Origin: Lingula anatina
Taxonomy: Eukaryota > Animalia > Brachiopoda
NCBI GenBank assembly: GCA_051362555.1
Contig: CM120646.1
Span: 15,438,001 to 15,502,000, forward strand
DNA length: 64,000 nt
Reading direction: 5' to 3'
The notes below the pieces were generated by a model, which saw only the letters and a list, made by a program, of their open reading frames with translations, did not search any database and was not told where the DNA came from. This document shows, in pieces, positions 24,393 to 36,872 of the stretch. How positions within the stretch are numbered: position 1 is the stretch's first letter; every line of letters starts with the position of its first letter. A program made the translations under genes and the position numbers.

Positions 24393-25088
24393 CTAGAAAT
24401 ATGAAAAAATACATATTTATTGGCAAACCATAATAGAAACTAAGAGAGTTGTAAACAGTTTCTTTCGAGTGCAACTGCTTAAGAGGCCCTTAACAAACTA
24501 CCAAGACTAACAAGTGCACCGAAAATAAAACATTATCAAACAAAAACATTATTTACTGATGTGTTGTTTCTGTAATTAAAGGTACATGCCGATGGAGTGC
24601 GAATCCCCAGTAATACATGTACATGTAATCTACCTCTACTAGTTACTTGTATAACAAAAATGAAGTTGACATGCCAATGAACAAAACAATTTAATCACTT
24701 CATCAACAATAAAATAGCCTTAAACTATCTCATTTAAATTGATGGTTAATTTGGATTACTTATCTAACCTACTAAAATTTATCAGTCCCATTTATATACA
24801 GCAGAGAAAGCAGATAGAAGAATGTATTCACATATGCCTTTTGGTGTTGTTTTACAAAATGCTAGTTAATTATAACACGGGGTACTCAGGACACAGACCA
24901 TGAATACTAGATACCGTCAATGGATTTTTGGATTTTTGGAATTTGGATTTTTAATTAGAACGGTGCCTTAGATACAATGTTTTATTCCATTTTAATAGAG
25001 TCAGAATAATATAATATTGGATTCCTTGCAAAGCATAATATTTGTTGTGCCCATCATATTACTGTCATTACAGATTACATAACTACAC

Positions 25089-25121
<33 letters not shown>

Positions 25122-25628
25122 GCCCAGTTTCTACTTCCAGCACCGAGCTGGTTTATATTGAGTCTGGTAGTATTATTTGTCTTAAGATGTCAAAGCTCAG
25201 AAATGTAAATTAAGGGCATCAGGTATGCTAAAAAAAAAAAAACTATTATTTAAGGTTTGTTTAGTTAAGGTCAAATGGAAAAAGAAAAGACTTCAGAAGA
25301 AAATAGGACTTTTGGAACATGTTCAGACCTGCTTTAAGCTACTCTTTTTAAATATGAATTGATTTGTTATAATCAAGTTGTCAGAAAACAAGTGAAATTA
25401 GTAAGCTACAGCTACTGAAAAAGAAGTGCAATGATATATAACACTTCATTATATACAGAATATCTGTAAATACCTGGATGGATTTTTTACAAGGTAACTA
25501 AATTACAAGGGTTGTAGTAAGTAGCGAGCCTCGTGTGGAAGGGGTTAAGCAGCGATATCCCTTTTCAGCCCTTCTATTTCCTGACTATTTAAAGGTGTGT
25601 AGCCAAAGTTTGGTGTCATTTGATTAGT

Positions 25629-26039
25629 TTATGTCGACGAGGAAGCACTCTCAAATAAGCAAGGCAAGTGATTTTTGTGAAATGCCCCTGCTCACAAGTC
25701 TGTCATTGCCATGGCTGCAATCAACGAGTGTGGCTTTGAACTGATAGAACATACACCAACATCCTGATCTTGCTTCCTCTGACTATTATCTATTTCCCAA
25801 ATTGAGTAAGGCCATTTCAGGTACTCACTTTGTGTCAGATGATGACATCATACGTGAAGTGGAGGGGTTTCTGAATGTCCAAGGGAAGGGCTTCTATGAA
25901 AGTGGCATACAGTCTCTCAAAACTCACTGGCAAAAGCGTATAGATACTCAAAGAGAGTATGTTGAGAAATAAACAAAAATACTTGTAAAATGTGTACCCC
26001 TTCTATATGAGGCTAACTACTTATCAATCAACCCTCATA
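25629..26039 (+). pseudogene. Mariner (DD34D) transposase 3' relic with right TIR
   Basis: Degenerate translation NAPAHKSVIAMAAINECGFELIEH..PDLASSDYYLFPK...FYESGIQSLKTHWQKRIDTQREYVEK*. Followed by TIR-like ttatcaatcaaccctcata. Confidence 0.85.
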
Positions 26040-26532
26040 CAACCTAATTGCTATCGGCCTCCCGAACAGGTATATTAAAGAACAAAACATGGATAAAGGA
26101 ACTTGGTACATTTGATAAATGTAAACTTGTACTTATTACTTTAGTCAAAAGATAAAAATATCAGCAGTCGCAATTTGCACATTGAGACATGTGAAAAGTA
26201 AAACAAGGATAAAGTGACAGCAGTTGAAAAAAAATTCTAAGATTGCTACACAGAAGTTATAAAAGGTGAAGACCAGTTACCAAAAAAGCTACTTGTATGG
26301 GTTATTAAATAAACATTTAATTGATCCATCCATTAAGAAATATTCAAATTGTTGATCTCCTAATGATGAACGTAAACAAAGTAATTAATGTTCAAAGGGA
26401 ATATTCATAATAAGTTATCTTTAGCTGACTTGGATAAATGCTGGGGAGTCTCTGCTTGGAAGCTTAATCCATTTATTAACCAAACAGTACCTTTTTATAT
26501 GGAGAGGGAAAAAGAACTGGTCTCATCTATAA

Positions 26533-26747
26533 GGGTCTATTCCCACAACTTTAGATCGATCTATCACCGCGGGGAGTCTCACCAGACTAACGTCAGATAA
26601 TCCCCCTTAAGTGTCCGTCCCCGCCCACTACAAGCCATAAGGGGCAATTAACTTTCGTGTCCGCCCGGCTGACAGCTATTCAGCGCGAACCCCCAGGGAG
26701 TTAGGTCGATCCAAAGTAGGTCGATCTAATCTATGGAAATGGGGTGT
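26533..26747. mobile_element. Harbinger-like MITE (inverted copy of the 8704 family)
   Basis: Reverse complement of 8704-8915, flanked by taa. Confidence 0.75.
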
Positions 26748-27229
26748 AAGATGCTAAAGTGTGGTATTGATGGTTACCTTTAACAATCATACTATGAAGT
26801 AAATGCGCACTAAATTAAAAGGATATTTTCATTAATAAAAGGGCTGCTACTAGTAACTCATTCCCTCTGTAGGGATCTAGGTGATACTCTGTAGGTGATA
26901 CTCTTAGCACAACAGTGTTCAATATGCTCATTGATGCTCTGGGTGACAAGTTAATTCAGCCCAACACTAATCTGGTCCTCATTTCTGAACCAAACACCTG
27001 TAAATTGCACGTTTTAGACAGATGGACTAATTAAGGGTCTGTTATGTATTCAAAAGCAACCTTCAAATGTGAACAATCAATCATGAACAAAAATGGTGCA
27101 AACTTTTTTGAGCCTTTTCTCATATTTGGAGAAACCAATCAGTGGATACTGACATTTCAGATTTCAGGAAAGTATACAACAGTATTATATTTAAGTAATA
27201 AAAATTGCCATAAAGGCTTGATGTTTCAA

Positions 27230-28418
27230 AATAACGAACCCACATATTGCCAACAATTAAGTATCTACCTATCTAAAAATACTGCCTTGGTATGTACTTG
27301 TCTGCTAGTAGATATCAATATTAAGTGCACACTGCTGGTACTTAGATGATCTTGAGACTTAAATGACAAGTATCTAAAACAATACTTACATTCTATTGCC
27401 ACACTAATTATCCTGACAAGGTGCAATTGACTAAGTGGGTAACTGACTGACTGAGTAACTTCAACTGGGAACTGGAAGAAATAGAATGTTATATAAACTC
27501 AACTGACTATTATTTAATCTAGCACTGATGCTCTTAATATCTGAAACATATTCCTTTACTTTTGATAAGCTCCTCATTGTTGAGAAGAAACTATGGTTAC
27601 TCAAAAAATATATAGCATATAAAAATAATAATAATAATAATTATTATTATTATTATTATTTACAGTCTAAAATCCATATATAAAATGTTTAGTAGATTTT
27701 ACAGAGGTAAAATGAACAGAATATGATCTAAAGAGTCAAAAATAAAAAATAAACAGTTGAGATATAAACGATATTGAAATATATGGTGCAATGTAAATTA
27801 ATATATTCTGTAGGTCCCATTTAAAACAAGATGATCCGCCAACTAGCAGATCTGCCAACTAAATAGGGCTGACCCTACTTTAAAAATGATAGCGCTGAAT
27901 CCAGAAGGTCTCACATCCTCAACATGCGCCCTTAAATGGATTTAAATTCATGCAGGGTTTAATTATTAGGCCCCTGCAGTTGTGGCATGTGTGGGGGCAA
28001 AAAGACCGTTAAGGAATAAATGGCATGGTTATTGAAGTGGGGTTAAAATTATTTAGTGGACGAATCTGCTTGTCAGTGGTCCCTCTATTCTGTTGCTTCA
28101 ATAACCAACCCACATATTGCCAACAATAAAGTATCTACCAATCTAAAAGTATTTCCTTGGTATGTTCTTGTCTGCTAGTAGCTATCTATATAAAGTGCAC
28201 ACTGCTGGTACGTAGATGATCTTGAGACTTAAATGACAAGTATCTAAAACAATACTTACATACTATTGCCACACTAATTATCCTGACAAGGTGCAATTGA
28301 CTAAGTGGGTAACTAACTGACTGAGTAACTTCAACTGGGATCTGGAAGAAATAGAATATTATATAAACTCAATTGACTATTATTTAAATCTAGCATTGAT
28401 GCTCTTTATATCACAAAC

Positions 28419-28461
<43 letters not shown>

Positions 28462-28463
28462 CC

Positions 28464-28507
<44 letters not shown>

Positions 28508-30300
28508 TTTATTTACAGTCTAAAATCCATATATAATATGTTCAGTAGATTTTACAGAGGTTAAATGAACAGAATATGATTAATAGAGTCAATAATAAAA
28601 AAATAGCTGGTAAAGATATAAAGATATTGAAATATATGGTGCAATGTAAATAAATATATACTGCAGGTCCCATTCAAAGCAAGATGATCTGCCAATTAGC
28701 AGATCTGCCAACTAAATAGGGCTGACCCCACTTTAAAAATGATAGTGCTGAATCCCAAAGGTCTCACATCCTCCACATGTGCCCTTAAAAGGATTTAACC
28801 ATGTGTCCAGGTTTAATTATAAGGCCCATCGGGCCATGCAGTTGTGGCGTGTGTAGGGGCAAGAAGACCGTTAAAGAATAAATGGCATGGTTTTTGAAGT
28901 GGGGTAAAAATTATTTAGTGGATGGATCTGCTTGTCAGTGGTCCCTCTATTCTGTTGCTTCAATAACCAACCCACATATTGCCAACAATAAAGTATCTAC
29001 CAATCTAAAAGTATTTCCTTGGTATGTTCTTGTCTGCTAGTAGCTATCTATATAAAGTGCACACTGCTGGTACTTAGATGATCTTGAGACTAAATGACAA
29101 GTATCTAAAACAATACTTACATACTATTGCCACACTAATTATCCTGACAAGGTGCAATTGACTGAGAGGGTAACTGACTGAGTAACTTCAACTGGGATCT
29201 GGAAGAAATAGAATATTATATAAACTCAACTGACTATTATTTAATCTAGCATTGATGCTCTTAATATCACAAACATATTCCTTTACTTTTGATAAGCTCC
29301 ACATTGTTGAGAAGAAACTATGGTTACTCAAAATATATATAGCATATAATAATAATAATAATAAATAATAATAATAATATTTATTTACAGTCTAAAATCC
29401 ATAAAAAAATGTTTAGTAGATTTTACAGAGGTAAAATGAACAGAATATGATCAAAAGAGTCAAAAATAAAAAATAAACAGTTGAGATATAAACGATATTG
29501 AAATATATGGTGCAATGTAAATTAATATATTCTGTAGGTCCCATTTAAAACAAGATGATCCGCCAACTAGCAGATCTGCCAACTAAATAGGGCTGACCCT
29601 ACTTTAAAAATGATAGCGCTGAATCCAGAAGGTCTTACATCCTCCACATGCGCCCTTAAATGGATTTAACCTCATGCAAGGTTTAATTATTAGGCCCCTG
29701 CAGTTGTGGCATGTGTGGGGGCAAGAAGACCTTTAAGGAATTTAACATATTTAGTGGACAGATCTGCTTGTCAGTGGTCCATCTATTCTGTTGCTTCAAT
29801 AACCAACCCACATACTTCCTGCAATTTAGTAGCTGCCTAGATGTTCAAGTATTACCTTTTCTATATACTTGAATTCTAGTACTTAGCTATCTACATCAAA
29901 TGCATAATTCTGGTATTTTGATGATCGTGAGACTTAAATGCTAATGATTTAAAACAAACAATACTTGCCACACTTATTATTCTGTGAAGCTTCAACTGAA
30001 TTGCTTCTAACTTCAACTGTGAGCTGGAAGAAATATAATATTATACAAATTCAACTTAAAATGATTAAATCTAGCATTGATTCTCTTTATATCACAAAGG
30101 GGGCATCTCGATAGTCCGAAGGTTTATTGGTCCGAAAAGTGGTAACATTTTTGCCGATCTTTTAATCAAGGGCTCATTGGTCCGAAGGTTCTTTAGTGAA
30201 CATTCGGACCAATGATTCTTCGGACTATTGCTATGGACCCATCACAAACATACTCCTTCACTTTTTATCAGCCACAATGTTGAGAAGAAACTATGGTTTC
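27230..30300. repeat. ~860-bp tandem array (3 full units + 1 diverged partial), each full unit with a (TAA)n tract
   Basis: Unit start aataac(c/g)aacccacata at ~27230, ~28100, ~28962, ~29798. Confidence 0.9.
30099..30240. mobile_element. MITE with GGG termini and 8-bp TSD (ATCACAAA)
   Basis: Internal ggtccgaa/ttcggacc subrepeats. Inverted sister copy at 49546-49703 (TSD ATCTGTTG). Superfamily uncertain (Mutator/Merlin-like). Confidence 0.75.
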
Positions 30301-30818
30301 TACAAGTATATTAAAATATCACCAGTAATATTAGTACTTACTAGTACTGTAACACAGGATAAACCTTGACCCCCTTTTGGAGCAAAGTACACATGCTGTT
30401 AAACACCATAAAACAAATGCATTATCCTGTGAATCAATGAAAGGCAAATTTCCCCAATAAAGAAATGTGGCATCAATTCAGGCAAGCAAGACACCATTGC
30501 CATTTAATGAGATTTTTCACATAGCTATTCTTAACTTTCTTTAGTCGTGAATATTGTTGATGCACATCTCTAAAAGTTATGCACTGTTTTAAATACTATA
30601 GAGCTTTAGGATACAGATTTGACATAAACATCTTCAGTGTCTAATGTTATGTATGTATGATCTTTTCAACTGTTAATTAGGATTTATTAATTAGCTTTAT
30701 TTTTGCTCTTAAATTGTTTTGCAATAGCAGTATAAATAACTCCTCTTAAAAACTAACATTAAACTAAAATTAACAACTTACCAAGCTTCTTCTGTAAACC
30801 TATGGCCTCCTTCACAAT

Positions 30819-31090
30819 GTCTCTAGTTGCACATTTCTAGGTCACTGCATCTCATTAGTCAAATGAACTGGGGATTGTGGGAAACCTCCTGATGAGAGCT
30901 TAGAATCTTCCTAAGGGAGATCTGGCTTTTCTGTTAACCTTTCCACCCTTAGCAACAGTCTCTAGTTGCACATTTCTAGGTCACTGCATCTCATTAGTCA
31001 AATGAACTGGGGATAGTGGGAAACCTCTTGATGAGAGCTTATAGAATCTTCCCAAGAGAGTTCTGGCTTTTCTGTTAACCTCTTCACCCA
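30819..31090. repeat. Two-copy ~138-bp tandem duplication
   Basis: gtctctagttgcacatttctaggtcactgcatctcattagtc at ~30819 and ~30958. Confidence 0.85.
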
Positions 31091-31100
31091 CAGTATAATA

Positions 31101-32067
31101 AAACAAGACAGCACTGTTCTGACATGGGTTTATTTCCATATTTAACACTTTCTAAACATAAAACAAAATAAACAGTGTACTGCAATTTTTATATGATCAA
31201 CTAAGAAAATAGATGAGATGGGAAAAATATCAATAGAACAGTGTTAAATGTCCAATTTCCTCCATTCTTAGATTCTGAACATAGTGGATGACTGAATCTG
31301 ACAAACTGCAATGATATGAGTTTATTTCCATTTTTGACACTTTATTACACAAAACACAATAACAAGTTTACCATAATTTTTACAAAATCAACTGAAAATA
31401 TTGTAAAGATGCAGGAAATGTCAAACAAACACTTTTACGTATCTTATTACTTAAATAATAAGGCTATTAACATGCCTAAGAATTGAATCTGAGGAAATGC
31501 GAAAAAAACAGCTTCACTTCTAAAATAATGCCCCGATTATGCTGATTTTCGAACTCAATCTGCGTTTTAGTAAGATTGACCATTCCTGTGAGTTTAATGA
31601 CAATGGGTCTCTCTGTTTTTCTTATATTGTGTTTACAGTGTTGCATATATGCTGAAAAATGAAAAAAAAACAACACAACTACTAAAATAGTGGCCCGATC
31701 ATGCCGATTTTCGAACTTGACCTGCGCTTTAAGAAGATTGATTACTCCAGTGAGTTTCATGACAACAGGCCTAACGGTTTTCCTTAAAATGTGTTTACAA
31801 GGTTGCATATATGCTGAAAAGGAAAAAAACAGCATAACTTCTACTATAATGGCCCGATCATGCTGATTTTCGAACTTGACCTGCGTTTTATGAATATTCA
31901 TCAGCTCTGTTAATATAAAACCAAAAAGTAAAACTGTTTTCCACTTATCGTGTTTACGGTGAAAGTGCACGGCGACGGCATCGGCATCGGCATCGCCATC
32001 GGCGACGGCGACGACAGACGCAGGCGATGGCAATATGTACAGACACATCTGTGTCTGTACATAAAAA
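31101..32067 (-). mobile_element. HINE 5' half (5' terminus at ~32067)
   Basis: Colinear with 40631-41587. Contains the 159-bp cores, the (GCCGAT/GCCGTC)n microsatellite and the terminal palindrome. Confidence 0.8.
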
Positions 32068-33207
32068 GAAACAGCAGATCTGAATCTTCATAATAGGCCG
32101 TGGCCAATTTCTTATTCAGTTACTCTTCCATATCAGTATGCTTCAACAGGCACCATACTGGCCTTCACAGCAACAGCAGCCAAGGCCACAAAGCACTGCC
32201 AACTGACCAAGCTACCCTGGACACCATATGATAATGTCCAACAAGCTGTACCTGGTAGTAACTGTACAGATTCAGGCTATCCACTTTTACTTTTTTTTCC
32301 AACTTCAATGCCCATGATCGAGTCAATGGTTTCAAGTAGAGATCCAAAATAAACAAACAAACAAACAATAAATAAATAAGAAACAAAGTTAAAATTTAGC
32401 AAACAATATATACATGATTTCCCTAAATTATTCACAAAACAAATTTTTCTTTTATTCTCTTTTATTTTCATAACAACCAGGTCACTTTTGATACAGCTGC
32501 AGGTTTGAAATCAATTTGTATGTATGTAAAGCGGAAGAGAATAAATAAATGATATGAATGCTGTGTGTGATAATAGCATATATGCAGGTGGATCGTAGTG
32601 GCTTCTGAAATGTTTGACTTACATTCCCAGCTTTAGCAATAATCATGCGCTATATCATGACACAAATAGATGGGAGTCACTCGCAGCCATTCATTTCCAC
32701 TATAAGCAACCTATGTGTGAAATCTATGCACTGCATTGTTTTCATCTACTTCAATCATCTGACTGAGGCACTACAGTGCAATTGTTGCCCACCTAAGTAC
32801 CACTTAACCTCTTGCTCTTGCATACGTTTTCTACTAATATCATCATATGATATATAAAACACCAGCTTCACCAAGCAGAGATCAAAGCTTTATGAGACAC
32901 TTTTTACTTTGGTGAAAACAAATAAATCTACAGCATATTCATGTGAAGAGAAATTCACAAAGTTAACAGAGCAATCATTTAACCCTTTGTTCAATCATTG
33001 CTGGTCATCTTCATATGCAATGTCCCAGATTTGAGGAGAATATACCTGCCATCTCCTCAAGTGTCATTACATTGACAACCAGATACAAGATAAGGGAAAA
33101 GGTAATTGAGAAGGCACTCTATTCTACTCCACTCTAAACAGGAGATACAAAATAAAACTTGACCTTTTCACTGGCTGATGCGACGTAGATAAACATAACA
33201 AACTTAA

Positions 33208-33544
33208 AGGGATAATAACTCTTCGTATGAAATCTATATTTCATAATAAAAACATTGTGAATAATTCATAGAAATATAATATATTCTGTTTTACCACAAA
33301 AACGGCAGTTTTAGCTATTATTCTGATATCTGAGCTTGTCTTTAGACCACGTGACCTCCATTGATGTCTATACTCTGTTAAAATCTCTTAAGAGATTTTA
33401 ACAAAAAAACAAACTTTTTAGAAAAAAACCAGGGACTAACTTCGAATGTAAAAATGGATTCATTAACCATTGGTAAGTGTGGGAAAATTGTTGTTTACTC
33501 CAGGAAAATTCATCTTTTGGCCGAAACGAAGAGTTATTATGACT
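33208..33544. mobile_element. 337-bp Kolobok-like MITE, copy 2
   Basis: TTAA TSD and the same TIRs as 3032-3368. Confidence 0.8.
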
Positions 33545-34374
33545 TTAATTACTTCAGCTGGGGTTTTTGATCTCAGTCAACTTCTTTTTTAACAAATTAC
33601 TAGTACTAGTTTATTGATGAACACGATTTACATTTTTATTTTTTTGGGGAGAGGGGGTGGAGGCAGGTTAAAAGCCCAATAATAAGAAGCACAATCTCCA
33701 TAGCAAAGATCAACTCAAGATATTCTGATAAGCAGGTAATTATGATCAAGATAAAAAACCCCATATGAACCAAACAAAATCAAGATGAAATATCTCCTTT
33801 CATAGCATTGGGAGTTCACTCAAACAATCTGACACCATTGCCATCTTTTTTTTTCTTATAAAAAGACAACTGGGATGTGATCAAATATAGATATAAGATT
33901 GTGATATTAATTTCAAAACTATCTAAGGGAGGATTCAATGGATTCCAGTGGTAGAAAAATTGATATCATCTCCATCTCAAAACAAACTATGACATATCAA
34001 GGACACATCAGATACTGTCCTATGCCAAATCAAAACAAGGAAACTGCAACATTCAAGGGGGAGTGATGCAATTTTTGTATTATATTTGTAAACACAGAAA
34101 TTGTTACAATGCCCATGACTATTTACTGTTGAGGCCATTGTAACATATAGGTGTAATTCAAGAAGACATTTGTTCGCATCAAATACATTAAATGTATCAC
34201 AACAAATATTGTGATTGGAAAATGAATAGAGGGAGTGATCCTAAATCATCTTATTTACTTATTATTATTATTATTATTTTGTCTTACACATTTAATATTA
34301 TTTTTGTAATATGTGATAATTACATACACTTTTTTGCACCAGGAATTCTGGAGGATTTTATAAGAAACACTAAC

Positions 34375-34685
34375 CTGCAGGCAACTTCATGGGGGTCTAC
34401 CCACAAAGTCAACTCCAGAGGAAGGTTCAACTCTTCATACTTCAGTCCAGACTCGGATGCTGCTTTTTCCAACACAGGGTCCCTGGGTTCTGTCTCATTG
34501 ACTCTAATGCATCGGAATGCCTGGCCTTTTGTAGGTTTATCCTGGTACCAATGATTCTTGAATTTCTCTCCCAAAATGTCTGAGAGTTTTGCAGAAAATT
34601 CTTGAGCCTTTTCTGGTGACAACTGCTTGTTTGACTCGAGTAGGCGACTGATGAATACAACTGCTGCTGCGATCTCGTCCTTCAT
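34375..34685 (-). CDS. BTG3/BTG4: BTG/Tob (APRO) family protein, BTG3/BTG4-like, first coding exon
   Basis: MKDEIAAAVVFISRLL...NHWYQDKPTKGQAFRCIRVN (box A)...LPLELTLWVDPHEVACR (box B). ATG at 34685. Ends AG|GTTAGT (phase 2). Probable 5'UTR acceptor at ~34877 and upstream donor at ~35157. Confidence 0.95.
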
Positions 34686-35254
34686 GATGCACTTAATTTT
34701 AACATAGCTTTTACAGTTTAAATAAAATGTTACCAATACCCTAGTTTAAGGGCAAATTTTAGATTTTATAGTACGTGTCTGTCTTACTTAATTGTTTACT
34801 ATCAGTTTGCTGTTTTTTTGGCGCCGAGTATTCTACGTGTTGTTCTTACTTTTTTCCAAAGCCTTCAAATTGTTACCTGCAACAAAAGCATAATTAAACA
34901 ATAGTTAACAAGTCCTTGTGGTTGTAATTGTTACAAAGCACACCTTTACAAAACTGACGAATATTCTCCTACACATGATCATCCTACGCAAGACTACTAC
35001 TTAGTGACTCAGATACGACACTCTGGAAATTGGAATTTCCTTTGTTTATAAAAAATAGGTCATGGAAAACCCCTGCAAATTTCTTCTAATAACACACATT
35101 TTTGGTCTGAAAATACACGATAAGATGCTTGAAACATCCATTTGTTGTACAACTAACCTATTTGTCCAAACCTCTTTCCCAAAAACGTTCTTTCCCCTCC
35201 GTATATTTTGTTGTGAAATGTCTCCGTCTTTCCTTCTCATAGTTGTACTGCGTA

Positions 35255-35400
35255 GAATATAATGCAAGCTTGACGTCATGTCCAATCAGAGTGCCCGTCG
35301 GTCCCAATTTTATCCAATCCAGTAGGAGACTTGCATTCTGTTCGCTACCACATTTTGGACAACATTTCAAGTTGCCATGACATATCATGACGTCAGATGG
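35255..35400. promoter_or_regulatory. Putative bidirectional promoter of BTG/HOATZ
   Basis: Perfect CREs TGACGTCA at 35271-35278 and 35388-35395. CCAAT at 35282, 35304 and 35314. RFX X-box-like GTTGCCATGACATA at 35371-35384. Confidence 0.65.
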
Positions 35401-35607
35401 CGCAACTTTTCGACAATCTTTAGAATTTTTATTATGCTGAAAGAATTATGTCATAACTGATAATTAACGAACTATAACGATATCATTTCGTTGCTCTCAC
35501 ATGAATTTTAGTGCTAAAATCTAAATTATAAGCGACCCCAAAATATATTGTTCTAAGCGATATGCGCATAAGTTCAGCGCATACAAATTGTTTATAGAAA
35601 CCCCATA

Positions 35608-36872
35608 ATGGCTACTGTGGTAGTTGAACTTCCGAAAAGCAACGAGAAAACGGAATTCAGTGGATCATCAGAAGAAGACAAAGCATATGCAAAGAGTTTT
35701 TGGCAATCTATTCAACTCCATCCTCCGATTGAGTCCCGTCTAGTTTCAAGTGATATCCGCCAAAGACTGAAGAGAGCACCACCCGGCGGACAACGTATGT
35801 CACCTGTCTCTCTCCCTCCTCCCCTTTCTCACTTCTCTCTTTCTCTCTCTATCATGCATTGAAGATTATTTTAATGAAAGATAAATAAAATCTATGCATA
35901 TTTTTGAAAACGAGAGCTGAAGGTCTTACGAGGTTCTCTTTTGAGACAACTTAAATCATTTCATTTGTTCTTTTGATACATGTATATTTTCAGCCATTAA
36001 CCTCGCTCACCATACAGAAGCCGAGCCACCGCGTAAGTATAGAACATACCACTTAAAGTAAATTTGAAAGGGTATAACCCTTGATGGAGCTGGGCGTTAA
36101 ACTTTAGATAGATATGCAATGCAAACACATGCATGTACTACGTACCAGTACATGTAATTACTAGTATTGGGCTCTAGCTGTGTCAGAAATAGCTGTGATG
36201 TGAAAAGTGAAAATGTATCAAACACAGTCTGTCTCACACCCGCAACTGTTGGCCCCCAATGTATTAATGCAGTATATGTACTGCTTTTTTTTTTTTTTTT
36301 TTTTTTTTGTGAGTGTTATTTAATTTGTTCGTTTTATTGATGTTTCCTTCAGAATTGACGTCCTTCCTTTTGACATCCCATGCTCTTGAAAGGGCAGATG
36401 CATATCATAAATTGCAACAGAAAGCTGCATTCAGGGAGGATGCCATCATGTTGCTTCAGAAGCAAAGAGAGGATAGAATTATGGTAAGGATGTCACTTTT
36501 TAAAACCCTCTGTTTCACAGACTAAATGTATACAATGAAAATATTGGATTTTAAGTGGCAATTTTTTACATAAATTTTGCAAACAGCATTTAATCAATTT
36601 CAATCATCAATGGACAGTTCATGTCAGATCTAACATGGCATAATTTTTTTAAAATACTAAAGCTCAGGATAACTCTGTATGTGCTTTATTGATGAATATC
36701 TTTATTCTATTTACAGAAAGAAAAAGTATCAGATCATAAAGGCATCAAGAAGCCTAAGCCCGAGCCTGTACAAATTGACAGTGATGAGGAGAAAGAGATG
36801 GAACTTGATATAGAAGCCACCATGAGAGAGTTGGACAAATACGATAAATCACTAACAGTCGACTCAGACTGA
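35608..36872 (+). CDS. HOATZ: Cilia- and flagella-associated protein HOATZ (C11orf88) homolog, 170 aa, 4 exons
   Basis: Exons 35608-35794, 35994-36032, 36353-36483, 36717-36872 (GT-AG, phases consistent). [30 protein letters not shown] and [16 protein letters not shown] match the recalled HOATZ blocks FAGSSEQDANLAKQFW..PPSESQLV and LLRKQREERISKE. Confidence 0.88.

Noticed and set aside
23903-24404. Hydrophobic overlapping/antisense ORFs
   Set aside because: Shadows of the 21-bp coding minisatellite.
30870-30925. CTGATGA and GAAAC, hammerhead-ribozyme-like words in the 138-bp duplication
   Set aside because: No stem II followed by GAAA after CUGAUGA, and the second copy has TTGATGA.
31476-32048. 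Recurrent 150-190 aa ORFs ([15 protein letters not shown]...; also 6621-7073, 7746-8231, 41120-41566) and duplicated MEVLSHTLK ORFs
   Set aside because: These are translations of the HINE microsatellite and 159-bp cores. Lengths and frames vary between copies and no domain is recognisable.
32194-32201. miR-34/449 seed-like TGGCAGTG (minus strand) in the BTG intron, sought because miR-34b/c lie at vertebrate BTG4
   Set aside because: The match stops at the seed, with no GTTAGCTG 3' part and no precursor hairpin. My scan was by eye; an Infernal search with the mir-34 model would settle it.
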